Below are positions 1-9,942 of a stretch of DNA of 64,000 bases, in pieces. The translations under genes and the position numbers were made by a program. Source of the stretch: an uncultured Gammaproteobacteria bacterium (GTDB lineage: Bacteria > Cyanobacteriota > Vampirovibrionia > Gastranaerophilales > Gastranaerophilaceae); assembly GCA_964467625.1 (NCBI GenBank), contig CAYXRM010000001.1, positions 516,986 to 580,985 on the forward strand, in the 5' to 3' direction. The notes beneath the pieces are model-generated. The model did not search any database and had not been told where the DNA came from. It was given only the letters and a program-made list of their open reading frames with translations. Each line of letters opens with the position of its first letter. The stretch's first letter is position 1.

Positions 1-110
<110 letters not shown>

Positions 111-130
111 TTTTCTTTTAAAATAATAAA

Positions 131-168
131 AGTTCTTCTTCTAACTTTTGGAGAAGAACTTTTTATTT
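131..168 (+). terminator. Rho-independent terminator after gdhA
   Basis: AGTTCTTCTTC (131-141) pairs with GAGAAGAACT (151-160) with a one-base bulge, followed by TTTTTATTTATT. Confidence 0.5.
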
Positions 169-203
169 ATTGAAATTCGGCTTTTTGTTGCTAGAATGTT
201 TGT

Positions 204-698
204 ATGGAAGAAAAATTTCAATACAAATATTATTTAGATGAAGGAGTTTACGATTTTCAAGAAGGGCGTTTTGCTGATGCGATTGAAAAAATCACAAAAT
301 CCATTAATGTGAAAAATGATTTTGAGGTTTCTTATTTTTATCGTGCTGCGTGTTATCAGGCGCTTGAAAAGTGGGATGAAGCCATGCTTGATTATACAAA
401 GGCAATTCAATTAAATAATAAAATGACGGATGCATACTACAATAGAGCAAGAATTATTTTATCAAGAAAAGATATTGAAAACCCTAAAATTGAAAATGCC
501 ATTAAAGATTTAGAATTGGCGCTTGAGCTGGATGATAAATTTATTGACGCCTATTATGCAATGGGGGCGGCATTAAAGAAAACGGGCGAATATAAAAAAG
601 CACTTGAATATCTTAATTGTGCGCTTGAATTAGAGCCGAATGCGATAAATGCTCGTGCGCTTAAAAAATTAATTGAAACAAAATATCTAAATTCCTGA
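204..698 (+). CDS. TPR repeat protein
   Basis: 164-aa ORF with repeated A..Y/A..A...P 34-residue TPR-like periodicity (AIQLNNKMTDAYYNRA, ALELDDKFIDAYYAMG, ALELEPNAINA). ATG start, TGA stop. Confidence 0.6.
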   Translation: MEEKFQYKYYLDEGVYDFQEGRFADAIEKITKSINVKNDFEVSYFYRAACYQALEKWDEAMLDYTKAIQLNNKMTDAYYNRARIILSRKDIENPKIENAIKDLELALELDDKFIDAYYAMGAALKKTGEYKKALEYLNCALELEPNAINARALKKLIETKYLNS

Positions 699-2342
699 TT
701 TTTTAAACATTTTTGCATTTAGTGAATTTTCATCACCTATTGTTTTTTGAAGTGTGTAATTTTGATATACAAACTTGCAGATTTTTTGTCCAAAATCAAG
801 GCAGAATTGGGGTGTCCCGTAAATTGAATAGTCTGTATTTAAAATTAAGATATAATTTGGCATATCAATATTTGAAATAATATTTTCTTCATTTAAGGCT
901 TCAATATGGTTTGGAATAAGCTGATAAAATTTCGGGTTTGTTTTTCTTTCGGTCACATAATTGAACATTGCCCCTTCAGGTAAAATTAAAATTGTATCTT
1001 CTTTTTTTGTGTTTTCGTTAATAAAATTTATGGTTTCATTAATTGTATTTGTTTCGTTTTTATCAAGGGAAATTATTTTTCCTTTTGGACTTGTTATTTC
1101 ATATTTCAAAGGCAGAGATTGCGCAACAGTAAAATATATAATATTTACAAGCGCAAAAATAGAGAAAAACTGTATGAAAATTTTATTTTTTGAAAATAAA
1201 AATATACAAATAACCAAAAGTCCAAAAGGTAGGGTATAGGTGAGGTATGAATTTGCATATAAAAAATTAAATCTAACGGTCAACAATAAAGAGGAAAGAG
1301 ATAAAAACGCAAGCGGAATATTTTTCTTTTTGATTGAATAAATTAAAATAGCAAGAACAAAAATGCAGCCAAAGGAAAAGTATTCTCCTGCATAAAACCT
1401 GCCCTTTAAAATTGCTAACAATAAAACTAAAGCGGCTGATACAAAATAGAGCACACATTTTAAAAATTTATTTTTTGTTTTATTTAAAGGGCGCAAAAAT
1501 ATGGCACAAACCAAGAAATTAAGGGAGATTAGGTAAAAGTTTTTTAAATTATACAAAAGCCAAGAAACAGGATTTTTGTAAAAAACAAGGTTGGAATAAT
1601 ATTTTAAAATTTTAGAGTTCATAAAATTTTGAAGAAAAATAAAATAATTTTTTAAATCTGATAAATTAAGTCCATTTAGAAAAAGTGTGCCAAAACTTAA
1701 TAAAATTGGTAAAAAGAAAAGTAAAAGCGCAACTAAACCTTTTTTTAAATTTGTTTTTTTATAAAAAAGCAAAAGCATATAAGGAATGAAAATGAAGACA
1801 AATTCTGCTTTAAGGGCAAAGGCAGCGCCTAAAAAGAAAAAGGCAGGGTATAAAAATTTGTCATATTTGATGTATTGAACCATAAAATAATTTGAAATAA
1901 AAAGCGCCAAAGTGCCATATATAAAGGCGTAAGAATAAGTTAAAATATAATTTGCAATCAAAGATACGTTAAAAGTTGATATAAAAAGGGTGCATAATGC
2001 GGCAAGAAAACTTTTTTCAGGGGTCAGAAATTCTCTTGAAATAAAATACATAAAGTACCCGATTAAAAGAAGGCAAAAGATACCCGTTATTCTTAAAACA
2101 TCTAAATTTGAACCGAATATTTTGAACAATAAGGCATTAATTTGATAAGAAAGGGGGAAATAGGAAATAAAAATATCTTTAATTAAAACATTTTTGTTGT
2201 TTATTAAATCAGGCACAAGAAATTCTCTGCCTGTGTCGTATATGAAATTTCCCATATAAAAATAGCTAAAACCGGAAATAGCTAAAAGCAGGATACAAAT
2301 TAAAAGGGGGTATAAAAAATCTTTTTTCTTTAAAAATTCCAT
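687..2342 (-). CDS. Polytopic membrane protein, GT-C-type (ArnT/PMT-like) glycosyltransferase family, paralogue 1
   Basis: 551 aa with many predicted TM helices and a C-terminal soluble domain. Clearly homologous along its length to the 27078-28730 protein (shared D.GRE..P....VL.KDIF..Y.P.SY..NA motif). Confidence 0.5.
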   Translation of the reverse strand: MEFLKKKDFLYPLLICILLLAISGFSYFYMGNFIYDTGREFLVPDLINNKNVLIKDIFISYFPLSYQINALLFKIFGSNLDVLRITGIFCLLLIGYFMYFISREFLTPEKSFLAALCTLFISTFNVSLIANYILTYSYAFIYGTLALFISNYFMVQYIKYDKFLYPAFFFLGAAFALKAEFVFIFIPYMLLLFYKKTNLKKGLVALLLFFLPILLSFGTLFLNGLNLSDLKNYFIFLQNFMNSKILKYYSNLVFYKNPVSWLLYNLKNFYLISLNFLVCAIFLRPLNKTKNKFLKCVLYFVSAALVLLLAILKGRFYAGEYFSFGCIFVLAILIYSIKKKNIPLAFLSLSSLLLTVRFNFLYANSYLTYTLPFGLLVICIFLFSKNKIFIQFFSIFALVNIIYFTVAQSLPLKYEITSPKGKIISLDKNETNTINETINFINENTKKEDTILILPEGAMFNYVTERKTNPKFYQLIPNHIEALNEENIISNIDMPNYILILNTDYSIYGTPQFCLDFGQKICKFVYQNYTLQKTIGDENSLNAKMFKKSGI

Positions 2343-2602
2343 TAGGTTAATTCCTTGTCTAAAAGCGCTATTTTTTCTTTATGAGTTAATTTTTTTATTC
2401 TAATTTCTTCTTTTAATGCTTCTGATTTTGTTTCAAAACTTTTTTTATATAAAATTTTTATGGGCTTGTTTGCATTTGTATATTTTGCCCCGCCGTGCTT
2501 TGTTCCGTTTAGGTGGGTGAGAAATCTTTTTTCCACATCTTTTGTAATTCCTGTGTATATTTTATCTTTTTCACAAAGAAGCATATAGACAAACCATGTC
2601 AT
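2342..2602 (-). CDS. GIY-YIG nuclease superfamily protein (UPF0213-like)
   Basis: 86 aa. The N-terminus WFVYMLLCEKDKIYTGITKDVEKRFLTH is the GIY...YTG/YIG motif. Its stop overlaps the start of the downstream GT-C gene (TAATG). Confidence 0.7.
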   Translation of the reverse strand: MTWFVYMLLCEKDKIYTGITKDVEKRFLTHLNGTKHGGAKYTNANKPIKILYKKSFETKSEALKEEIRIKKLTHKEKIALLDKELT

Positions 2603-3539
2603 TTAAAACTTTTGAAACCTCATCGTATGTGTTTAATAGAACTAATTTTGAGCGCAATTTAGAAGCATTTGGGACGGATGAAATGTAGTAGGGGTAAAAT
2701 TTTCTCATATATTTAATTGCGTTGATTTCGCCCCTGTATTGAATTTCTCCTTCAATATGTTTTTTTAGCATTTCAAGCTTTGATGAAATATCAGGCTCTT
2801 TTGTGATTATTCCTTTTTCAAAAAAGTCTTCAATTCTTTTTGGAAAGGAAAAATCCCCCACAAATCCTCTGCCGATTGCAACTCCGTCTGCGCCCGTAAG
2901 TTCAATACAGTTTTTTACATCTTCTATGGTTGTAATGTCCCCGTTTGCAAAAACAGGAATTTTTACACTTTCTTTTAATTTTTTAATATCTTCCCAATTG
3001 GCGCTGCCTGAGTACATTTGTGCCCTTGTTCTGGCATGGAGTGTTATAAAATCTACCCCTTCCCCTTCAAGCATTTTTGCAAATTCTATGTAATTTTTTT
3101 CATTATTTGAAAACCCAAGCCTAAATTTTACACTTAAAGGAATTTTTATTGCACGCCTTACAGAAGATATGATTTCCCTTGCAAGCGGAATGTTTCTCAT
3201 AAGGGCACTTCCGTCAGACCCTTTTACAATTTTATTAACCGGACAGCCGCAATTTATATCTATAACAGAAGCCCTTTCTTCAAGCATTTGCGCTGCATGC
3301 GCCATAAGGTGCGGCTTGTGCCCAACAATTTGAAATGATAGAGGGTATTCAAATTCTTCAAACTTGATTATGTTTGAATTTGGAACCTGATTAATGGCTT
3401 CTGAGGATATCATCTCTGTTGTTAAAAGCGTGTTAATTCCACCATAACTTCTTATAAGCCCTCTGTATACAATGTCTGAAATGCCGGCAAGAGGGGCTTG
3501 TATAACTTTAATTTTTTTTATGTCCGTGTTTTTTGTCAT
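2571..3539 (-). CDS. dus: tRNA-dihydrouridine synthase
   Basis: 322 aa. Dus family motifs: APLAGISD near the N-terminus, IDINCGCP, SVKFRLG, ITLHARTR. Confidence 0.85.
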   Translation of the reverse strand: MTKNTDIKKIKVIQAPLAGISDIVYRGLIRSYGGINTLLTTEMISSEAINQVPNSNIIKFEEFEYPLSFQIVGHKPHLMAHAAQMLEERASVIDINCGCPVNKIVKGSDGSALMRNIPLAREIISSVRRAIKIPLSVKFRLGFSNNEKNYIEFAKMLEGEGVDFITLHARTRAQMYSGSANWEDIKKLKESVKIPVFANGDITTIEDVKNCIELTGADGVAIGRGFVGDFSFPKRIEDFFEKGIITKEPDISSKLEMLKKHIEGEIQYRGEINAIKYMRKFYPYYISSVPNASKLRSKLVLLNTYDEVSKVLNDMVCLYASL

Positions 3540-5677
3540 TTTTGGCTTAAGTAATCTTTCAGTTCTTTTGTTCTTGCTTTTGCATATTGTGTAAATTCGT
3601 CATTTACCCCTTCTTTGTTTTTTAATTCCACATATTTGTCATAATAATTTGAGGCTTCTTTATAATTTTCTTTATTGTCAAGCGCAACGGCTGCCATATA
3701 ATAACCAAGGGCAAAATTAGGGTCAGAAGAAATTGATTTTTTGTATTCAGCAAGGGCGTTGTCTAAATTTCCCATATCTTCATAAACTGCGCCTTTGTAA
3801 TAATATGCATAGGCATTTTTTGAATTTATTGAAATAATTTTATCTAAAAGAGCAAGCGAGTCGTTATATTTTTTATTTTCATAAAGTGAAATAGCTTCAT
3901 CCAAAAGAGTTCCCTCTTTTCCTGAATTGAAGGCATCTAAAGTTTGTTTGGCTTCTTTGTTGTTTGGGTTTTGAGCAAGAATTTTATTTAAATAATTCTT
4001 TCCTTCTTCTTCCTGCCCTGAATTTAATAAAATGTTTCCCAAAACAAGCATAACGCTTTCATTTTTTGGCTCTTGGACTAAAACTTCTTTGTACAGGTCA
4101 ATTGCTTTTTGAAGGTTTCCTGTTTCATAATAACAATTTGCAATAACGGTTGTAAGTTCGGGAGTTTTATAGGTTATTTTCAAATAATTTTCAAGTGCCG
4201 CCTGATAATTACCCGCATTATAAAATTCGCTTGCTTTTGCATAAATATCATTTGCTGCCTGTTTTTGAACTATATCTTGAAGGTCACTTAAATCTTTATT
4301 GTCAGGAAGCATAGAAAGTCCGTGAGCAATGACGTTTTTGGCACGTTCAACATCATTTTGAGCAAGAAAAATTTGTGCTAAATTTATAAAGGGTTCGGGG
4401 TTTTTTGGGTTTAACCCTATTGCTTTTTTATAGTATACAATTGCGCCTTCGTATTTTTTATTTTTGTGTAATTCAAAGGCATATTTAAACTGCGCATCGT
4501 AACTTTGACTTTTTAATTCAGCTTCATTTTTTAAATACCCTAAAAGTTGGTCACCGTTTAAATTAGAAAGAAGATTATTAAGTGCCAAAGACGCTTTTTC
4601 ATCGTTTTTATTAAGGGCTAAAATTTCTTTATATTGAGCCATAGCAGAAGCTATATCGCCTTTTTTTTCATAAAGCTGACCTTTGTAATATCTTGCGCTT
4701 AAGTCCCCTTTATTATTTAAAAGTATATCATCATACACTCTAAGCGCGCTGTCATAATCCCCTAATGCTGTATAGACTGATGCAAGATTAATTAAGGCAA
4801 CAGGGTCGTTGGGGTTAATTTGGCGTGCTTTAATATATTGGGCACGTGCAAGTTCAAGTTGGTTTTGTTTTTGCAAAATTGCCCCTAAATTAATCAAACT
4901 TTGGGAATCTTTAGGGTTCTGCACGCTTTTTGCCATCCAAAGGTTTTGAAGGGCAGATAATAATTCTTTGTTGTTATCTGAATATTCAAGCGCTTTTGAA
5001 TATTCGTCAATTGCGGCATCTTCGTTATCTATATCATCTAAAATAACGGCATATTTAAAATGCGCCATGCCGTCTTTTGGGTTTATGGAAATAGCTTGTC
5101 TTGCATTTTCCATCGCCATTTTTAAATTGTTTAAACTTTTATAAATATCAGAAGTGGCTCTAAGCGCTTCCGATTGGTATTTTGAGTTTTCAAACAAAAG
5201 GGTGTATGTGTAAATTGACGCAGCAAGTTCCCCTTGCGACCTTAAAATTTTAGCTTCGCCTAAAATTGCTTCTGCTGAATTTAAGGGTGCATAATTTTTT
5301 GTTAAATTTTGAAGGGTAACAGAAGCATTCTGCACAATGGGTGCCTTTGATGAGTCCGGTGCTTCATTCCAATATTTAAAATATGTTAGTGCGGATTTTA
5401 AATCGCAGATTGCTTTTTTATAGTTTTTTTCAGAATCTTTGTAATATTGCGCACGTGACAGATATGCCATTGCAAGTGCATTTTGTGCGGTTTTATCATA
5501 GGGGCGTGCACGTAAAACTTTTTTAAATTCAACAATTGCGGAAGAATATTTTTTACTTTTAAGATAAGTCACCCCGTTGTTATAATAAATTTGGGTGCGC
5601 TCTGATGAGTCAGCATATACAAAGGGTTGCGCCACGAAAGCCAGAAAAAGCATTAATATTATGGCTTTTTTGTTCAT
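3536..5677 (-). CDS. Secreted TPR repeat protein
   Basis: Long ORF. The track start at 5686 is GTG. ATG at 5677 follows GAGGTG at SD spacing and gives MNKKAIILMLFLAFVAQPFVYA, a signal-peptide-like N-terminus. Numerous TPR units follow. Confidence 0.7.
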   Translation of the reverse strand: MNKKAIILMLFLAFVAQPFVYADSSERTQIYYNNGVTYLKSKKYSSAIVEFKKVLRARPYDKTAQNALAMAYLSRAQYYKDSEKNYKKAICDLKSALTYFKYWNEAPDSSKAPIVQNASVTLQNLTKNYAPLNSAEAILGEAKILRSQGELAASIYTYTLLFENSKYQSEALRATSDIYKSLNNLKMAMENARQAISINPKDGMAHFKYAVILDDIDNEDAAIDEYSKALEYSDNNKELLSALQNLWMAKSVQNPKDSQSLINLGAILQKQNQLELARAQYIKARQINPNDPVALINLASVYTALGDYDSALRVYDDILLNNKGDLSARYYKGQLYEKKGDIASAMAQYKEILALNKNDEKASLALNNLLSNLNGDQLLGYLKNEAELKSQSYDAQFKYAFELHKNKKYEGAIVYYKKAIGLNPKNPEPFINLAQIFLAQNDVERAKNVIAHGLSMLPDNKDLSDLQDIVQKQAANDIYAKASEFYNAGNYQAALENYLKITYKTPELTTVIANCYYETGNLQKAIDLYKEVLVQEPKNESVMLVLGNILLNSGQEEEGKNYLNKILAQNPNNKEAKQTLDAFNSGKEGTLLDEAISLYENKKYNDSLALLDKIISINSKNAYAYYYKGAVYEDMGNLDNALAEYKKSISSDPNFALGYYMAAVALDNKENYKEASNYYDKYVELKNKEGVNDEFTQYAKARTKELKDYLSQK

Positions 5678-5731
5678 TAAATGCACCTCATATTTTGAAT
5701 ATATAAATTATACAATGAAAACACGTAATTT

Positions 5732-5760
5732 TTAAATTGTATTGTTGGTGATAGTATAAT
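5732..5760 (+). promoter_or_regulatory. Candidate sigma70-type promoter for bioG-bioC
   Basis: TTAAAT (5732-5737), 17 nt spacer, TATAAT (5755-5760), 24 nt upstream of the bioG ATG. Confidence 0.3.
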
Positions 5761-5783
5761 TCATGTAAAAAGATTGGATAAAA

Positions 5784-6434
5784 ATGAAATTTGAACATAT
5801 AAACAACGATAAAACAAAGCTTTTAATTTTTTTCTGTGGTTTTTATACGGACAAAAACTGCTTTATTGAGTTTGACAATGGAAAATCTGACATTCTTTTT
5901 GTTTATGATTATTCTGATTTAGATTTTTCAGATTTAGAATATTTTGACTACACCCCCTATACTGAAATTAACCTCATAGCTTATTCTTATGGGGTTTTTG
6001 CGGCAAATATTGCATACAATTATCTTCCTTGTTTAAATTATTCAGTTGCTATTTCAGGTACAATATACCCCATTGATGAAGTTTACGGCATAAAACCAAA
6101 GATTTATGATATTATGCTAAATTCTTTCAACATGGATGTTATAAACAACTTTAAAATGAAAATGGAACTTAATTCAGGTGGAAAAATAAAAGAATCAAAC
6201 AGAACTCTTGAAAATTTATACGATGAACTTATTTCTATTAAAAATTATGTTTTAAATAATGAAATTGAGCAGAATTTAGATTTTGATAAAGTTATAATCA
6301 CAACAAAAGATAAAATTGTTTCCTACGGTGCGCAAAAAAACTTTTGGATAAATCATAAGTATATTCAAGAGGTAAATACGGGGCATTTTCCGTTTTTTGA
6401 ATTTGAAAGTTTTGATGAAATTTTGCAAGGGTAG
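5784..6434 (+). CDS. bioG: Pimeloyl-ACP methyl ester esterase, BioG (DUF452) type
   Basis: 216 aa. LIFFCGFYTD...LFVYDYSDLDF...INLIAYSYGVFAAN matches the DUF452/BioG pattern (nucleophile Ser in AYSYG). It lies immediately upstream of bioC. Confidence 0.6.
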   Translation: MKFEHINNDKTKLLIFFCGFYTDKNCFIEFDNGKSDILFVYDYSDLDFSDLEYFDYTPYTEINLIAYSYGVFAANIAYNYLPCLNYSVAISGTIYPIDEVYGIKPKIYDIMLNSFNMDVINNFKMKMELNSGGKIKESNRTLENLYDELISIKNYVLNNEIEQNLDFDKVIITTKDKIVSYGAQKNFWINHKYIQEVNTGHFPFFEFESFDEILQG

Positions 6435-6437
6435 AAG

Positions 6438-7133
6438 ATGAATTTTAAAAACGTCCAACATTCATACAGAAAAAATGCCCCTGTTCAAGGGCAAATGGCG
6501 AATTCGCTTGTTTTAAATTTAATGAAATACGCAGGTAAAAAATTTGATAAAATTTTTGAAATTGGTGCAGGCACAGGATTTCTGACAGACAAAATAAGAG
6601 AGAATTTGGAATATAAAGAAATTATTCTAAATGACATTACTGAAAATTTTACAAATTTTTCCCCAAATGCTTATATAATGGGGGATATTATAGAAGTTGA
6701 TTTCCCTAAAAATTGTGATTTAATTTTTTCAAATGCAGTATTTCAGTGGGTTTTAAATTATAACTTGTTGTTTGAGAAAATATATGGTGCGCTTAATTTT
6801 GGGGGTATTTTGGGATTTTCCACTTTTGGAGAAAAAAACTTTTCACAAATTAAAGATATAACAGGAATTGGGCTTAATTACCCCGATTTTAAAGGAATTC
6901 TTCAAAAGAAAGGTTTTAAAATTTTATATTATGAAGAAGAATTGAACACCCTTTATTTTAACAACATAAAGGATGTTTTGTCTCACATTAAATATACGGG
7001 TGTTAAGACGGAAAACAAAATTTGGACAAAAAAAGATTTTAAACATTTTGAAGATACGTATTTGAAAAAATATAAGGATGATATGGGTTTTGAATTAACT
7101 TATCACCCAGTTTTTTATATTGTAAGAAAGTAA
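6438..7133 (+). CDS. bioC: Malonyl-ACP O-methyltransferase
   Basis: 231 aa. SAM-methyltransferase motif I at IFEIGAGTGFLT and the N-terminal F..Y...A.VQ..MA..L typical of BioC. Adjacent to bioG. Confidence 0.7.
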   Translation: MNFKNVQHSYRKNAPVQGQMANSLVLNLMKYAGKKFDKIFEIGAGTGFLTDKIRENLEYKEIILNDITENFTNFSPNAYIMGDIIEVDFPKNCDLIFSNAVFQWVLNYNLLFEKIYGALNFGGILGFSTFGEKNFSQIKDITGIGLNYPDFKGILQKKGFKILYYEEELNTLYFNNIKDVLSHIKYTGVKTENKIWTKKDFKHFEDTYLKKYKDDMGFELTYHPVFYIVRK

Positions 7134-7220
7134 TTTTAAGCTTTATTTTATGGCATATTAACTTTGAAGATAATTTTTATCTTTAAATATTTTTCTGTTA
7201 AAATTATACAAGGTGGAATT

Positions 7221-8363
7221 ATGGTAAAAAGAATTACAATTTTAGGTTCAACAGGCTCTATTGGGAAGCAAACCCTTGAGGTTCTCGATAAAATTGAAAA
7301 CAAGGAAGAATTTTCAATAACAGGGCTTGCCTGTAATTCTAATTTAGAAACTTTTATTCCCCAAATTGAGAAATATTCTCCAAAAGTGGTGCATGTTGGA
7401 AATTATGACGCATATAAAACCTTGAAATCTAAATTTCCAAACCTTGAAATTTTAACCGGAGAAGAAAACTTAATTAACATTTCAACAACAGATACCGACA
7501 TTCTTTTAACCGCTACAACGGGCACTGTTGCACTGAAACCTACCCTTTGTGCGATTGATAAAAAAATTGACATTGCGCTTGCAAATAAAGAAACTCTTGT
7601 AATGGCGGGCGATGTTGTTATGAAGCGTGCAAAAGAAAACGGGGTCAAAATTTTGCCCGTGGACAGTGAACATTCGGCTATTTTGCAAAGTTCCAAAGGC
7701 AATTTTGAAAATATTAAAAACATAATAATAACAGCTTCAGGCGGGCCTTTTTTAAATAAGACTAAAGAAGAAATTAGAAGTGCTTCTGTTGAACAAGCGC
7801 TAAATCACCCAAATTGGCATATGGGCAAAAAAATTACAATTGATTCTGCAACCTTAATGAATAAGGGGTTGGAAGTTATTGAAGCGCACCATCTTTTTAA
7901 TATGGACTATAAAAATATAAAAGTTGTTATACACCCTGAATCCCTTTTGCATTCTGCAATTGAAACCACTGACGGTTCTGTCATCGGGCAAATTGGTGTT
8001 CCTTCAATGCATATCCCGATACAATATGCGCTTACTTATCCAAAAAGGCAAAGGGGAATTAAAACTGAAAGTTTTGATTTTTTTGATAAAAATTTCACTT
8101 TCAAGCGTCCCGATTTAGAAAAATTCCCCTGCCTGAATTTGGCATATAAAGCGGGTATGCAAGGTGGAATTTACCCTTGTGTTTTGAATACTGCAAATGA
8201 AATTGCGGTTGGAAAATTCTTAAAAAAACAAATTAACATTGAAGGAATTGTTAAAATTGTTGAATTTGCCCTTGAAAGAACAGAGGATGTCAAAAATCCT
8301 TCTATAGACGACATTTTTGCTGCCGATATTGAAGCTAAAAGAATGATTTTGGAAAAATTTTAA
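7221..8363 (+). CDS. dxr: 1-deoxy-D-xylulose 5-phosphate reductoisomerase
   Basis: The track ORF starts at a TTG (7164). ATG at 7221 follows AGGTGG and gives MVKRITILGSTGSIGKQTL. Dxr motifs LANKE, PVDSEHSA and NKGLEVIEAHHLF are present. Confidence 0.9.
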   Translation: MVKRITILGSTGSIGKQTLEVLDKIENKEEFSITGLACNSNLETFIPQIEKYSPKVVHVGNYDAYKTLKSKFPNLEILTGEENLINISTTDTDILLTATTGTVALKPTLCAIDKKIDIALANKETLVMAGDVVMKRAKENGVKILPVDSEHSAILQSSKGNFENIKNIIITASGGPFLNKTKEEIRSASVEQALNHPNWHMGKKITIDSATLMNKGLEVIEAHHLFNMDYKNIKVVIHPESLLHSAIETTDGSVIGQIGVPSMHIPIQYALTYPKRQRGIKTESFDFFDKNFTFKRPDLEKFPCLNLAYKAGMQGGIYPCVLNTANEIAVGKFLKKQINIEGIVKIVEFALERTEDVKNPSIDDIFAADIEAKRMILEKF

Positions 8364-8365
8364 TT

Positions 8366-9259
8366 TTACATCCAATCGTTTGCAAACGCTTTTGTTGGGT
8401 GGTTGACGCAGGTATAACATTTCTCTGTGTCTAACAATACCCTTCTTGAGCAGCATTCAACTGTATATCCCGACCGTGCTCTAAAATCGTTGCTCAAAAC
8501 GGGGCATGTGTAAATTCCTTTTGAAGTCATTATTCTTGAATTTGCACAATCTAATCTTTCCTCATTTATGGTTTCATCTTCAATTTGCCTTGAATTTTCA
8601 AGGTGTGTATTAAAATAAGGAGAGATTTTTAAATTAATTTGCCCCATTTCAAAACCAAACTTCCTGCAAAGTTCAGAAAACCCTTCAAATAAGGTTTCTC
8701 TTTTTTCTCCATAGTAGTCTGTGACTGTTATAATTGGATTAAAGTCATATTTATAAAGATTTTGAAGCGCAAACAGAGCCTTTCTAAAGCTTCCTCTGCC
8801 TCTTACTTTGTCATTTTTTATTTCATCAAAATGTTCAAAACTTATTCTGTAAATGGTTTCATAGTCTGATTCATCGTCAATTTTTCTTAAAAATCTTGCT
8901 TTTTTATCATTAATAAATGTTCCGTTTGTCATAACCGTTGTGTTTGAAATTTTTAAACACATTCTTAAAATCGAATTAAAATCAGGGTGCATCATAGGCT
9001 CTCCACCTGTTAAATACAAAGATTTAATTTTTTCATTCCTTGATTGAATAAGCGCCTGTTTAATTTTTTCAATAGGCAGAAAATCTTTTTCTTTTTTAAA
9101 CGGATTTTGCTGAATATAACAGTGTGAGCACTTTAGGTTGCATGTTTTTCCCGTTAATTCAAAAAATAAATTGTTTAACTCCTTCATCTGTACAACGGGC
9201 GCCTGCATAAAAGACACCCTTTGAGCGTTGTGTAACTTTTGCACTTTAATATTCTCCAT
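8366..9259 (-). CDS. Radical SAM protein with Cys-rich C-terminal domain
   Basis: CNLKCSHCY is a CxxxCxxC radical SAM cluster motif. GGEP follows, and extra cysteines lie near the C-terminus (CPVL...CC...CYTC). The track start at 9295 is TTG. I prefer ATG 9259 (MENIKV) but either is possible. Confidence 0.65.
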   Translation of the reverse strand: MENIKVQKLHNAQRVSFMQAPVVQMKELNNLFFELTGKTCNLKCSHCYIQQNPFKKEKDFLPIEKIKQALIQSRNEKIKSLYLTGGEPMMHPDFNSILRMCLKISNTTVMTNGTFINDKKARFLRKIDDESDYETIYRISFEHFDEIKNDKVRGRGSFRKALFALQNLYKYDFNPIITVTDYYGEKRETLFEGFSELCRKFGFEMGQINLKISPYFNTHLENSRQIEDETINEERLDCANSRIMTSKGIYTCPVLSNDFRARSGYTVECCSRRVLLDTEKCYTCVNHPTKAFANDWM

Positions 9260-9363
9260 AACCTTTTCTTGACACAAGTCATGATAGAAATTCAAATTTA
9301 AAATAAAATTACACAGGCGGATAAATTAATTTTTAAAAGGTGATTAATCCTTAAATATAAATT

Positions 9364-9942
9364 TTAAGTTTTAGTATAATATCTAAGCTTAAGATTTGCG
9401 ATTAAGACACTTTTATCTCTTTTCCAAGAAACAATTTCCACTTCAGCTATATTAATTAAGTAAGTTTCTGCAAGAAGGGTCTTTAAAAAGGCTTGAATTG
9501 CAGAGTAATTGCCTACAATTGTGGTTGTTAATTCACAAACATTAACCCCTGTAACTTTTGCGGAAAAAATAGGGTCGCCTTCGGGGGCATAATTGTAATC
9601 TACAGACCTAATCCTAACACCTGAAGCTTTTGCAATTGATACCATATCATCAAACAAAGGTGCAAAGGAAGCGTTAGAGCCAAACCTTAAACCTTCAAGT
9701 GTATAAATTTTCTTAATGTCGGGGCTGTTTTCTTCACGTTTTTGCTTTGCTATATCCGCTTGAAGTTGAGTTTTCTTTGCAACAAGCGTTTCATATTCTT
9801 GAGTTTTGTTCGATAAGTCAGAATGAACAGACATATAAGTCCCGCCAAACCCTATTGTTCCTGCAAGAGAAGCAATTAAAATAATGAGCGGAAGAAATAC
9901 AAATATGTGTTGTTCTTTTATTAAATCTCTATAGTTTATCAT
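9364..9942 (-). CDS. PilO-like type IV pilus assembly protein
   Basis: 192 aa with one N-terminal TM helix, a coiled-coil segment and a globular C-terminus. Abuts the PilM/PilN-like gene with no intergenic gap. Assignment rests on architecture and context only. Confidence 0.45.
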   Translation of the reverse strand: MINYRDLIKEQHIFVFLPLIILIASLAGTIGFGGTYMSVHSDLSNKTQEYETLVAKKTQLQADIAKQKREENSPDIKKIYTLEGLRFGSNASFAPLFDDMVSIAKASGVRIRSVDYNYAPEGDPIFSAKVTGVNVCELTTTIVGNYSAIQAFLKTLLAETYLINIAEVEIVSWKRDKSVLIANLKLRYYTKT

